Assembly: GCA_963835575.1 (NCBI GenBank) | Contig: CAWIGG010000002.1 | Location: forward strand, 1,664,001-1,728,000 | Source: an uncultured Spirochaetota bacterium | Lineage (GTDB): Bacteria; Spirochaetota; Brevinematia; Brevinematales; JAOACQ01 | Direction of reading: 5' to 3' | Length of the DNA stretch: 64,000 bases | Part shown: positions 1-9,458 of the stretch, piece after piece | Position numbering within the stretch: position 1 is the stretch's first letter | Layout: every line of letters begins with the position of its first letter | Position numbers and translations under genes: made by a program | The notes under the pieces: model-generated | What the model was told of the DNA's origin: nothing | The model's input: only the letters and a program-made list of their open reading frames with translations | The model's database searches: none

Positions 1-112
1 CATAATAATTAAATAACAGACAATCGTTCAGCCATTTAAATTTATCCTCATCTATGAGCTTTTTATATTCCAGAATATCCTTTTTGATTTCTTCAATTTC
101 TTTATTCTTCAT
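1..112 (-). CDS. Small hypothetical protein (partial, runs off window), translationally coupled to the nucleotidyltransferase
   Basis: ATG at 112-110 overlaps the TGA of 109..612 (ATGA overlap); reads MKNKEIEEIKKDILEYKKLIDEDKFKWLNDCLLFNYY... with no stop to position 1; absent from the ORF track. Confidence 0.55.
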   Translation of the reverse strand, partial: MKNKEIEEIKKDILEYKKLIDEDKFKWLNDCLLFNYY

Positions 113-612
113 ATGCCTGTGCCTTTTTCTATCTGTTTTACCAGTTCCAGCTTCTTAATATCATCAAAGTCTTTCACTCTTCCGGCTGCTTCCTTCATTT
201 TAATTAAATCATCAATGGATATTAATGATACATTTATACCGTTTATGATCTTTACAACCCTTTTATTATAAGCTTTATTAAAATTAAGGGGTTGTGATAT
301 AACGATATCGATTACTTGATAATTTTCCTTTTTATGATAAAATGAAAAAGCTTTCATATTCTTATTATTAATCCAATCTTCTAATGTATTTTTATCGGCC
401 AGCAATTCGGGTTCCACAGGAAGTTTCGGCACATATCCCATATTTTTCATCAAATTTACAAATTTCAGTATATTATCTTTATCCATGCTTATAATAAAAT
501 CAATATCATTCGTCATCCTTTGAACATTATGAAGGTTGACAGCAAGGCCCCCGACAATAAGATACTTAATTTTACGTTCTTCCATTGCGCTCAGAACTTC
601 AAAATAAAACAT
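109..612 (-). CDS. Nucleotidyltransferase-family protein (DUF6036-like)
   Basis: IVGGLAV...R.T.DIDF signature and C-terminal LIKMKEAAGR.KD..DI motif. Confidence 0.75.
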   Translation of the reverse strand: MFYFEVLSAMEERKIKYLIVGGLAVNLHNVQRMTNDIDFIISMDKDNILKFVNLMKNMGYVPKLPVEPELLADKNTLEDWINNKNMKAFSFYHKKENYQVIDIVISQPLNFNKAYNKRVVKIINGINVSLISIDDLIKMKEAAGRVKDFDDIKKLELVKQIEKGTGI

Positions 613-736
613 TATTCCGCCCTATTCATTTATCTTTGCGGTCTCTGCGTGAAATAATACTCTGATAGTTAAAGAATATGCTTCAACTCTGTAAAGATAA
701 TAAATATATAAATTATACTTCAATAATTACTTTTTA

Positions 737-2059
737 TCATGATTTTTTCGCTTTATTTTTATACATAAGTTCCAGATTTTTTAAATGCTTTAAATATTCG
801 ATATCAAAACCGCTTCTATAGAGATAAACCGTATTATTCTGAAAAAGCGGCTCATCGACACCGGTAATGGCCCCTGCCTTTTCAAAATCAGGCGTAAGCG
901 GGATCGGCGAATAAAAGGACATCATCGGTAGAGCGCCGCTTTGAAAGACCATTTCCATTGTTTTTTCTATGGCGCTGCTGTCCTGGCCCGGAACATTTAC
1001 AAGCGTATAGGCTTTAATGTTTTCCTGTTTGAAACCGGCTTTATAAAGAATTTCAAGTGCTTTCCGGAATTCATTGATGCTTGTTTTATTTCCCTTCCTT
1101 TTCTGGAAGTTCTCATCAGCCGATTCCAGGGAAAGCCGTATATCCTTAAAACCGGCTTTTTTCATTAATACAGCCGTTTCTTCCGTTAAAAACCGGATAT
1201 GAAGGCCGTTGGGAGTATAAAACCGGACGGGAATATTTTCAAGAACAATTTTTTCAAGGATGCGGTTGACATGTTTCTCCGAATGAACCAGCAGGGCATC
1301 GTCATAAAAAGCAAAGTTGGAAACGCCGAATATACGGTTCAACTCAATGATCTTTTTCGAGATAATTTCCGGCGGATATTGAAAGAAAGTATTGAGATAG
1401 CTGTCCGCGCAGTATGTGCATTGGAACACGCATCCCACCGATGTCAGGATCGGAGCATAATAGTATTCGCCCATCAAGTCATAGGCGGGCGCCTTGATCT
1501 CCCTTGAAAATTTAAAGCCTGTTATTTCTTCCAGAATGTCCAGCACCTTATTCAGCCTCTGGTAAGGCATGACAAAATCCGTATTTATACTTCTTTTGGC
1601 ATGTGCTGGAAGAAGCGCAGCGTAAACACCGCCCAAAACAATTTTCGATTCCGGGAAAAAATCTTTAAGCAAATTAACCGTATATGATACACCCGAATAC
1701 CAGTATGTCATGCCGGATGTTACAAAAATAAATTTGGGAGAAAAAGGCACATTTTTTAATTCCTCAAGGAATGCCGCCTCAGCTATTCCATATCGCTTGA
1801 AATACCTGGGTATGTCCTTTAAAAGTGAAGGCGTCTTTATGATGATCCTGGGAAAGTGGCCTGTGCCGTTTTCGTTAAATTTCACCTTTTCATTGGATGG
1901 ATGAATCCTCGAAAGAGCGTTTATAAAATATACTTCAAAATGCTCTCTGATATAAGAGGCCAGTTCCAGAAGGCCGAGCGGCTTGGAAAAATGATCATAC
2001 GCGGCAAAATCCTCGATATAAGGGTTGACTAAAAGAATTCCACTGCGGCTTTTATTCAT
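737..2059 (-). CDS. B12-binding-domain radical SAM protein
   Basis: CVFQCTYC motif; N-terminal B12-binding-like region (PLGLL, GGVYA); start moved to MNKSRSG at 2059, overlapping the truB stop. Confidence 0.8.
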   Translation of the reverse strand: MNKSRSGILLVNPYIEDFAAYDHFSKPLGLLELASYIREHFEVYFINALSRIHPSNEKVKFNENGTGHFPRIIIKTPSLLKDIPRYFKRYGIAEAAFLEELKNVPFSPKFIFVTSGMTYWYSGVSYTVNLLKDFFPESKIVLGGVYAALLPAHAKRSINTDFVMPYQRLNKVLDILEEITGFKFSREIKAPAYDLMGEYYYAPILTSVGCVFQCTYCADSYLNTFFQYPPEIISKKIIELNRIFGVSNFAFYDDALLVHSEKHVNRILEKIVLENIPVRFYTPNGLHIRFLTEETAVLMKKAGFKDIRLSLESADENFQKRKGNKTSINEFRKALEILYKAGFKQENIKAYTLVNVPGQDSSAIEKTMEMVFQSGALPMMSFYSPIPLTPDFEKAGAITGVDEPLFQNNTVYLYRSGFDIEYLKHLKNLELMYKNKAKKS

Positions 2060-2942
2060 TAAAAACCCGTAAATAATTAAAATTGACGCCTTTTTTTTCC
2101 ACAACAGCCAGTACAATATTATCCTTTATAATTTTATAAAGCCCGTCCCTGATCTCTTTTTCTTTAAAGAAGTCATCTTTTAAGATCCGGCCGTTCAACA
2201 CAAATTCCTTTTGATTCAAAAAGGTTAATTGTTCCAGAGGCAGGGCATCGTTAAGGGATATGATGCATTGTCTGATATTCAAATCGGTTACATCATCCAG
2301 ATCCATGCATTTTTCAAGTGTAATGCCGGAGCTTGAAGATCTGACAAGTTTTTTAATATAACCGCCGCATCCCAGCTTTTTTCCAATGTCCCTGGCCAGA
2401 CTTCTGATATAAGTCCCGGACGAGCAGGAAACTATGATGCTTAATTCCTTTTTTTTCTCTTCATACCGGTCCAGCCGGATATCATATATTTCTACAAGCC
2501 TGGGTTCCATCTCGACAGCAATATTATTACGGGCAAGTTCATAACCCCGCCGGCCGTTGACCCGGAGGGCGGAATAGCGGGGAGGGACCTGATTTATTTT
2601 ACCGATAAATCCCGGCAATACCTGTTCAATATCAGCTAAAGCCACGTCCTTTTCAAATGTCTCTATTACGCTGCCTTCCGCGTCATCGGTATCCGTATTA
2701 GCGCCCAGACTGATAAGAGCGATGTATTCTTTCCGCGACTTGAGCAAAAAATCAAAGGCTTTTGTTGCTTCGCCGAAAAGGATCAATAAAACACCGGCGG
2801 CCAGAAGATCAAGAGTCCCGCCATGGCCTATTTTAACGCTTTTCCAGTCAAACTTTAAGCGCTGTTTCAAAACACGGATGACATCAAAAGAGCTCATACC
2901 TGAAGGTTTATTGACCGGCAATATTCCATTAATTATTTGCAT
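2052..2942 (-). CDS. truB: tRNA pseudouridine(55) synthase
   Basis: VNKPSGMSSFD, KIGHGGTLD, PPRYSAL, GTYIRSLARD motifs; start moved to MQIING at 2942. Confidence 0.95.
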   Translation of the reverse strand: MQIINGILPVNKPSGMSSFDVIRVLKQRLKFDWKSVKIGHGGTLDLLAAGVLLILFGEATKAFDFLLKSRKEYIALISLGANTDTDDAEGSVIETFEKDVALADIEQVLPGFIGKINQVPPRYSALRVNGRRGYELARNNIAVEMEPRLVEIYDIRLDRYEEKKKELSIIVSCSSGTYIRSLARDIGKKLGCGGYIKKLVRSSSSGITLEKCMDLDDVTDLNIRQCIISLNDALPLEQLTFLNQKEFVLNGRILKDDFFKEKEIRDGLYKIIKDNIVLAVVEKKGVNFNYLRVFNE

Positions 2943-3029
2943 AAATAATCCAACATATATTATATATTGACAAAAAAATAAAATAAACGAATCATGGAGA
3001 AGTTCGGAAAAAAAGTTATAATTATTATA

Positions 3030-3065
3030 GAGCAGTTTCAATAACTATAGTTTTTAGAACTGCTC
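3030..3065. repeat. 36-bp MITE-like inverted repeat flanked by TATA on both sides
   Basis: ATTATAGAGCAGTT (3024-3037) / AACTGCTCTATAAT (3058-3071) is a perfect 14-bp inverted repeat; ends resemble the IS5 termini in this window. Confidence 0.6.
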
Positions 3066-3095
3066 TATAATCTGTTTATATTGAGAGAGTAATGA

Positions 3096-3740
3096 ATGAA
3101 AATAATAATTCTTGTCTGTATGCCGGTTTTTTTCTGCTTTTCCGCTCTTGCTTCCTTCGACTTTGTCATTTTAAAATATAAAAGCGGCGATTATTATAAT
3201 GCGAGAGCCGGGGTCGGAAATTTTCTGATTGAGCTTAAAAAAAGGACAACAATCGATGTGAATGAAACCCCTATCGAGCTATCTTTAGAAGATGAAAACC
3301 TTTTTAATTATTATTTTCTTTTCCTCAACGGTCATGTTCCCATTCAGTTTTCTGAAAAAGAAAAGCTCCTTCTCAGGCGGTTTGTTCTGAATGGCGGATT
3401 CCTTTTCGCTAATGATGATTACGGCATGGATGAATCATTCAGAAAAGTAATTAAAGAAGTTTTTCCCGATTATAATCTGATTGAAATCGATTTTAATCAC
3501 CCGGTTTATCACATCTTTTATAATTTTAATCAGGGACTCCCGAAAATTCATGAACATTACGAAGGCGCTCCCAGGGCATATGGAATATTTATTAACGGAC
3601 GCCTGGCTGTTTTTTACGATTATAATTCAGATATTGCCGACGGATGGGACTCTCCGGAAGTTCATAATGACCCGCCGGAAAAAAGAGAGGCGGCTTTTAA
3701 GATGGGAATTAATATTGTTATTTACTCGCTCAGCGACTGA
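3096..3740 (+). CDS. DUF4159-family protein with signal peptide
   Basis: LFLNGH, NGGFLFANDDYGMD, GLPKIHEH, DGWD..H..P...RE.A..MG.NI pattern. Confidence 0.75.
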   Translation: MKIIILVCMPVFFCFSALASFDFVILKYKSGDYYNARAGVGNFLIELKKRTTIDVNETPIELSLEDENLFNYYFLFLNGHVPIQFSEKEKLLLRRFVLNGGFLFANDDYGMDESFRKVIKEVFPDYNLIEIDFNHPVYHIFYNFNQGLPKIHEHYEGAPRAYGIFINGRLAVFYDYNSDIADGWDSPEVHNDPPEKREAAFKMGINIVIYSLSD

Positions 3741-3748
3741 TAATTATA

Positions 3749-4327
3749 TCAGAGATTATAGCCGATAAGCGCAGCGGCGTTAAATCCGAGTTCCGCTGTA
3801 TACCAGCTTTTGATTACACCGCCCTCAACTATAATTGAAAATAATGATTTTCTAAAAAACTCCACTCCTATCCGGGGCGAAAACATTACACCGGACATCT
3901 GCAAATTAGAAGTGTCTAAAATGTTATTGGCAGGATAAAGCCAGCGGGCCGCAATATAAACGGAAAAATTAGGATCTAATTGCATATCGAGCATAAACGC
4001 AATAGAAGCGTTCCAGGCGTCCGCAACATAGCCGACGGCCAGATCATACGATCCATAAAAAGGAGGAATGATAAAAAGTGTTAATTTAGCATCACCCATT
4101 AATCCGGATTTAAAAACCCTTACTCCAATTTCGCTATTGCCCGGAATTCCATAACGCAATCCCAGTGTAAACATATTATAAATATCATTACTGGCTGTAT
4201 AAATATCTGAGGCCATGTAAATACTTGTTTTAAAAGCATCATTACAGACAGGACTTGTAGCTAAAGGGGCAGAAAATAAAGTTGAAAATGAACAGAATAA
4301 AAAAAAGAAACAGACTGTTTTTTTCAT
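3749..4327 (-). CDS. Exported hypothetical protein, probable small outer-membrane beta-barrel
   Basis: Signal peptide; alternating aromatic/hydrophobic strands. Confidence 0.5.
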   Translation of the reverse strand: MKKTVCFFFLFCSFSTLFSAPLATSPVCNDAFKTSIYMASDIYTASNDIYNMFTLGLRYGIPGNSEIGVRVFKSGLMGDAKLTLFIIPPFYGSYDLAVGYVADAWNASIAFMLDMQLDPNFSVYIAARWLYPANNILDTSNLQMSGVMFSPRIGVEFFRKSLFSIIVEGGVIKSWYTAELGFNAAALIGYNL

Positions 4328-4329
4328 TA

Positions 4330-5049
4330 TCAGTATTCCACCATTTTATATCCCACGCCGAAAACAGTTTTGATATATTTCGGTTTTCTTCCTAAATCAA
4401 GAATTTTTTTCCTGATGGATACAATATTTGTGTCTATGACTCTTTCGGTGACATAAACGCCGTCGCCCCAGATTTCCTTCATCATCGTATCCCTTGAAAC
4501 TACTTTGCCGCGGTTTTTATAAAGAAGCCTGATTATCCCGAGTTCTTTTGGAGTAAGAGGTTCTTCTTTATTATCATTTTTTACAACCATCTTATCCAGA
4601 AATATCAATGATTCACCTATTTTTATTGTGACCGGTTCGTAACCGTTCAGGATCCCGATATTCGCCAGTGATCCTGCCTTCAATATATTAATTTTACGCA
4701 GCTGCGCTCTAAGCCTTGCCAGAAGTTCCATCATGGAAAACGGCTTTGTCAGATAATCATCCGCTCCCAGATTCAATCCGAATACTTTATCTTCTTCCTT
4801 TACCCGGTCCGAAATAATAATAACAGGTGCTATTTTATTTATTTTACGGAAACTTTTAATTAATTCGATACCGTTGAAATCTGAATAAAATATATCTATC
4901 AGCACAGCATCAAAAGCCTCATTTAATGTTCTGATACGGGCATCCTTCTCATTTAAAGAAATAAACGCTTCAAATCCCTCAAATTCAAGGCTGTCTTTTA
5001 TAGATGTGGCTAAATTCTTATCGCTTTCGATTATTAATATTCTCTGCAT
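4330..5049 (-). CDS. OmpR/PhoB-family response regulator (no adjacent kinase)
   Basis: GADDYLTKPF receiver motif; winged-helix C-terminus ending TVFGVGYK. Confidence 0.92.
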   Translation of the reverse strand: MQRILIIESDKNLATSIKDSLEFEGFEAFISLNEKDARIRTLNEAFDAVLIDIFYSDFNGIELIKSFRKINKIAPVIIISDRVKEEDKVFGLNLGADDYLTKPFSMMELLARLRAQLRKINILKAGSLANIGILNGYEPVTIKIGESLIFLDKMVVKNDNKEEPLTPKELGIIRLLYKNRGKVVSRDTMMKEIWGDGVYVTERVIDTNIVSIRKKILDLGRKPKYIKTVFGVGYKMVEY

Positions 5050-5267
5050 AAAGTCCTCCTTTATTAAGCACCATTCTCATATAAATAATAATCATTTTTT
5101 AATAAAAAAACAAGATCTCGCCGATACGATAAGAGATTTTTTCTGAAATGCCCCTTTAATAAAAAAACGGGAAGGTACCGGATATACTCCTCTTTAATAT
5201 CCGGTCCCCTCCTTCATGGTTTTACTTTAATAAGTTTCTTTAGTTGAAAATAAAAGAAAGGATAGAC

Positions 5268-5543
5268 CTATTTTTTGACCTTTTCAGCAAGCTTTTTACC
5301 AACTTTGAATTTCACAACTTTCTTTGCCGCAATATTAATCTTGGCACCGGTTTTAGGATTTCTGCCGATTTTTGCATTTTTTTTCTGAATCTGGAAAGTA
5401 CCCCATCCAACAAACTGAACTGAATCACCTTTTACCAGGGCATCCTGAATTGCAAGTAAAAAAGAATCCACCAGGTCTCCTGCGCGTTTTTTGCTCTCGC
5501 CAACCTTGTTAGCAAAACGAGCGATAAAATCAGCTTTCGTCAT
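5268..5543 (-). CDS. hup: HU-family DNA-binding protein
   Basis: MTKADFI...GWGTF...GRNPKTG...VKFKVGK; GAGGA RBS upstream of 5543. Confidence 0.93.
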   Translation of the reverse strand: MTKADFIARFANKVGESKKRAGDLVDSFLLAIQDALVKGDSVQFVGWGTFQIQKKNAKIGRNPKTGAKINIAAKKVVKFKVGKKLAEKVKK

Positions 5544-5630
5544 ACTTCCTCTCCTTTTTATAAAAATTATATAGTAATTATACACCAGTTAAAAATATAT
5601 TGCTATTTTTATAATATTATTTTTATCTCT

Positions 5631-6956
5631 TTATTTCTTTAACACGCTTTCATCAGTTTTTAACACCGATGGATCGACTTTATTTGCCTGTATCTTATCT
5701 ACCGGTAAATCTTTTGGGGCTTCAGCAGTACTTGCTTTTTCCTGAACGGCCTGTTTAACGTCTTCTTTCGTTGTATCTTTTTTCTCTTCTTTTTTAAATG
5801 TTAACTTGGCTTTTATTTCCGATAATTTTGCTGTTATACTTTCATCTTGAATGACCTGAACAATATACCTTGTATCATCATATTGAAGATTAATTTGAAT
5901 AGGATAGCGGACTATTTCCTTTTTTGCATTAATATAAACATTAACATAAGGCGTTAATGTTTGAGGGAAGCTGTAATCTATCACTTCAGCTATTTCGCCC
6001 GTATTGAGAGTAACAAATGTACCTTTTTTGAATATTTCTCCTTCTGTGAGATGAAAAGGCATTTCTTTTGTAAACGTCTTAGCCAGCCTGGGTGCAAAAT
6101 TGACCCCGCTTTCTTTATTGATCTGTGTTAAAGTATACCAGAACGGTTTCCCGGATTTGCCGTCCCTGGGCGTCGTAATCGTGTCAAAGGTATTTGCAAG
6201 GCTGATGATCTGAGCGCCTTCTCCCATCTGTTCACCCCTCAGCCCGAAAGGATACCCCTTACCGGAAACTTTTTCATGATGCAGCAGAACAATTTTCTGA
6301 ATAATAGATGGATAAGAAGAATATGCCCTGATGATCTCATAACCGAAGACCGGATGTTTTTTCATTATTTCATATTCTTCATCAGTAAGCTTTTCCGTTT
6401 TGGTTAAAATTTCCTTTGGAATAAGTGTTTTTCCAATATCATGGAGAAGTCCTGCTGTTGCAATTACTTTCAGACCTTCCTCAGTATAACTTAGCTTTTT
6501 TGCCAGCATGATAGCAATTATAGACACATTAATAGAGTGTGTATAAGAATAATCATCAAAATCTTTCAAATCCAGAAGATTTAGTACAGAATCATCCTTA
6601 GCTGAGATGTTTTCCACAAAATCAGAAGCCACTTTATCAATTTCCTTTTGAGGAAGGTTTGTTTTGACTTTGGCGGCATTTTCCAATTCCTGAATTGTAT
6701 TCACAGCTTCATTCATGACTGACTGTTCTACGGCCGGTTTTGTCGTGTCTGTTTTTGGTATAAAAGCAGGCCTGTTATAATAAATTTTCTGAATCCCTTT
6801 TGCCTTCAGGTCATTAATCAATTCAATAGTTAATGGTATATTTGCATCGCTGATCTTATCGCCTTTATCTGTAAAAGCCTCGCCTTTTAAAATGATGCCA
6901 GGATAAAGGAAATTAACTAATAAATGAACCTTTTGATTGGAAGCAGGTTTTTCCAT
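5631..6956 (-). CDS. HD-GYP domain protein (c-di-GMP phosphodiesterase-like)
   Basis: YTHSINV, LLHDIGK, HHE..SGKGYP motifs. Confidence 0.88.
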   Translation of the reverse strand: MEKPASNQKVHLLVNFLYPGIILKGEAFTDKGDKISDANIPLTIELINDLKAKGIQKIYYNRPAFIPKTDTTKPAVEQSVMNEAVNTIQELENAAKVKTNLPQKEIDKVASDFVENISAKDDSVLNLLDLKDFDDYSYTHSINVSIIAIMLAKKLSYTEEGLKVIATAGLLHDIGKTLIPKEILTKTEKLTDEEYEIMKKHPVFGYEIIRAYSSYPSIIQKIVLLHHEKVSGKGYPFGLRGEQMGEGAQIISLANTFDTITTPRDGKSGKPFWYTLTQINKESGVNFAPRLAKTFTKEMPFHLTEGEIFKKGTFVTLNTGEIAEVIDYSFPQTLTPYVNVYINAKKEIVRYPIQINLQYDDTRYIVQVIQDESITAKLSEIKAKLTFKKEEKKDTTKEDVKQAVQEKASTAEAPKDLPVDKIQANKVDPSVLKTDESVLKK

Positions 6957-6995
6957 TCTTCTGCCTCATTTCTTTTTAATAAAATTACAGATATA

Positions 6996-7177
6996 GGCAG
7001 TTCTAAAACCTTGTGCTGGTTTGATAAACTTGGTTGGTGTACCTGCAGACTGTGTGAAAACTATTTTTCGCCACGTATTTATTGAAGTTACGGAACGAAA
7101 AATATAGAATTACGATGCAAAACACCGACTTTTCACACAGTCTGCTGCCGAACCACACCACAAGTTTTGAAACTGCC
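6996..7177. repeat. Nested MITE-like inverted repeats
   Basis: Outer GGCAGTTCTAAAAC(C)TTGTG / CACAAGTTTTGAAACTGCC; inner perfect 16-bp GCAGACTGTGTGAAAA (7045-7060) / TTTTCACACAGTCTGC (7130-7145). Confidence 0.7.
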
Positions 7178-7290
7178 CGGGAATATAAAGCTTTAAGTTA
7201 ATGAAAACGACGCTTTCCCTCACTATTTTGCCAGGACACTCAAATAAAGCTCATAAAACGGCGAGAGTTTACAAATTTCAGTAATTCGGC

Positions 7291-7374
7291 GGCAGTTCCT
7301 AAAAATTCATCGGGTATTAAACTTTACCGCTATAATGGATAACATATAAAATCAATGTTTTTTTGGAACTGCAC
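7291..7374. repeat. Degenerate MITE-like element of the G(G/A)CAGTT family
   Basis: GGCAGTTCCTAAAAA at 7291 and TTTTTTGGAACTGC ending at 7372. Confidence 0.45.
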
Positions 7375-7667
7375 ATATTATAAATGATGGGAAAATTTTT
7401 GCAAGGAAAAAAGTATTTCAAAACTTTATAGTTAAATCTGCCCCTGTTGATTTTCTTATTATGTTTATTTGCGTACGCAATATATTTATTCCATTTTCAA
7501 TTCATATTTCAGAAAGATGAGTAAGTCCTTTGAATACTCGGGACGTGTTTAGTAAAATATAACCACTCGGGACTTTTAGAAGAATGGCTGATGTTCATTC
7601 AACTATACTTAAATAACAAAAATCAAAAATAGCTCATGATCTGATAAAGATTTCACTGATTACTTTA

Positions 7668-8558
7668 TCAATTTAAATATGAAAAGAGATAGGAGCTCTC
7701 TTTGTAATTTCTGATCTGATTGATAGCTCCCTGTTCTATCTGTCTGATCCGCTCTTTTGTCAGATTTAATTTTTCGCCGATTGAAGAGAGTGATTGCGGT
7801 TCTTCGCCGTTCAGGCCGAAACGGTATTCTATAATTCTTTTTTCCCTTTCCGGCAGCTTTTTAAGCAGATTTTGAATCATTTCCTTTAATGAAGATTTTA
7901 TTGCCAGATCATCAGGTCTTTTATCATCTTGAGAATCCTGAATGATATCTTCCGATGAACCGTTATCTTCATCATAAAACAAATCTTCAAGAGAGGAATG
8001 AGCCTGAGATATTTCCAGTATTTTTTTTACATCATTTCTATTGATGCAAAGGTGCTCGGCTATGATTTCATCTGAAGGACGCTTGCCGAATTTTTTTGAA
8101 TATTCTTCAATATATTTCCATATATGCATCAACTCATTAGTCCTATTCATTGGAAGCCGTACCATTCTGGATTTTTCTGAAAGGGCTTTCATAATTGACT
8201 GCCTGATCCACCATATCGCATATGATATAAAATGAAAGCCTTTTTTATAATCAAATTTGTCTATAGCTGCAATCAATCCTAAATTTCCTTCACTGATAAG
8301 GTCAGAAAGGGGTATTCCGAATCCCTGATATTTTTTTGCAATGGAAACAACGAAACGCAAATTTGAAACAATAAGCTTTTCCACCGCCTCGCTGTCTCCG
8401 GCGGCAGCCCGTTTTGATAACTCCAATTCCTGATTTCTGGTTAATAAAGGGATTTTATCTATTTCTTTCAAATATAATGATACTGCATTTGTTTTTAAAA
8501 ACTTATCTATTCTGTCATATCTCAATTCAACCTTTTCATTCTTACTTTCTTTTTTCAT
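7668..8558 (-). CDS. Alternative sigma70-family factor (RpoD/RpoS-like, lacking region 1.1)
   Basis: YLKEIDKIPLL region 1.2, NLRFVVSIAKKY, DLISEGNLGL, YAIWWIRQ, LTKERIRQIE region 4; 296 aa. Confidence 0.92.
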   Translation of the reverse strand: MKKESKNEKVELRYDRIDKFLKTNAVSLYLKEIDKIPLLTRNQELELSKRAAAGDSEAVEKLIVSNLRFVVSIAKKYQGFGIPLSDLISEGNLGLIAAIDKFDYKKGFHFISYAIWWIRQSIMKALSEKSRMVRLPMNRTNELMHIWKYIEEYSKKFGKRPSDEIIAEHLCINRNDVKKILEISQAHSSLEDLFYDEDNGSSEDIIQDSQDDKRPDDLAIKSSLKEMIQNLLKKLPEREKRIIEYRFGLNGEEPQSLSSIGEKLNLTKERIRQIEQGAINQIRNYKESSYLFSYLN

Positions 8559-8589
8559 AAACTGCTCCTTTTTTATCTAAAATACTATA

Positions 8590-8605
8590 AGCAACAAATA
8601 TGCCA
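8590..8605 (-). promoter_or_regulatory. sigma54 (-24/-12) promoter upstream of the sigma70 gene
   Basis: Minus strand TGGCATATTTGTTGCT: GG-N10-GC spacing exact, ending 32 nt upstream of the ATG. Confidence 0.75.
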
Positions 8606-8835
8606 TTAAAATATTTAAAATACCCATTGAAATCAATAGAATTATGACTTTTTTATGATATTTATATACAATAATATTTGTATCATAATGACGCAGAAAA
8701 ACCGTTAATATGAAACTAATATGTCAAATTGATTCCTTTATAGATTAAAACTTTTTATATAGCAATGATATCTGCTTGCCTTTTATAACCTAATTATTTA
8801 TATTTAATGTAAATAGAAACAAAAATGGAGATTTT

Positions 8836-9381
8836 ATGAAATACAGTTTAATATTAGGCAATAATTTCGAAGAAATCGAAGCTGTAACAGCTATCGACCT
8901 GCTCCGGAGAGCGGGAGTGACAGTGGATACATATGGTGTCGGTTCAGATTCAATTAAAGGAAGAAGCAATTTAACAGTAAAAACCGACAGGATTTTAAAT
9001 AAATCAAGCGATATCAACACAAGCGAATATGACGGCATACTTTTGCCGGGCGGGCCCGGCGCTCAAGATCTGGCTAAAAACGAAATAATCCTCAAAATTA
9101 TTCAGGATTTCAATAAAGAAAATAAGCTCATTTACGCAATTTGCGCGGCCCCTTTAATACTGGATAAAGCCGGAGTTTTAAAGGATAAAAAGTATACATG
9201 TTATCCGGGAACGGCCGTTACTTCAGGACAGCGACTTGACGAGCGTATTGTAAAAGACGGCAATATTATTACTTCACAGGGCGTCGGAACAGCCCTGGAC
9301 GCGGCAATTAAACTGGTGGAAATAATAGTGTCGCCGGAAGAAGCAAAACAGCAGGCCCTTAAGACTTTGTACCACAACTGA
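8836..9381 (+). CDS. DJ-1/PfpI (YajL/ThiJ)-family protein
   Basis: FEEIEA, DLLRRAG, LPGG.G, AICAAP nucleophile Cys, TSQG.GT. Confidence 0.92.
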   Translation: MKYSLILGNNFEEIEAVTAIDLLRRAGVTVDTYGVGSDSIKGRSNLTVKTDRILNKSSDINTSEYDGILLPGGPGAQDLAKNEIILKIIQDFNKENKLIYAICAAPLILDKAGVLKDKKYTCYPGTAVTSGQRLDERIVKDGNIITSQGVGTALDAAIKLVEIIVSPEEAKQQALKTLYHN

Positions 9382-9458
9382 AAGAATTCATTTTTTTGTT
9401 TATTTTTACTTTTATTTTTATAATAATTCATCTTAAAAAACAGGAGAGGCTGAATCAA

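Noticed and set aside
737..2059. Fourth B12-rSAM as part of the lipid cluster
   Set aside because: Outside the att-bounded island and coupled to truB; more likely core genome
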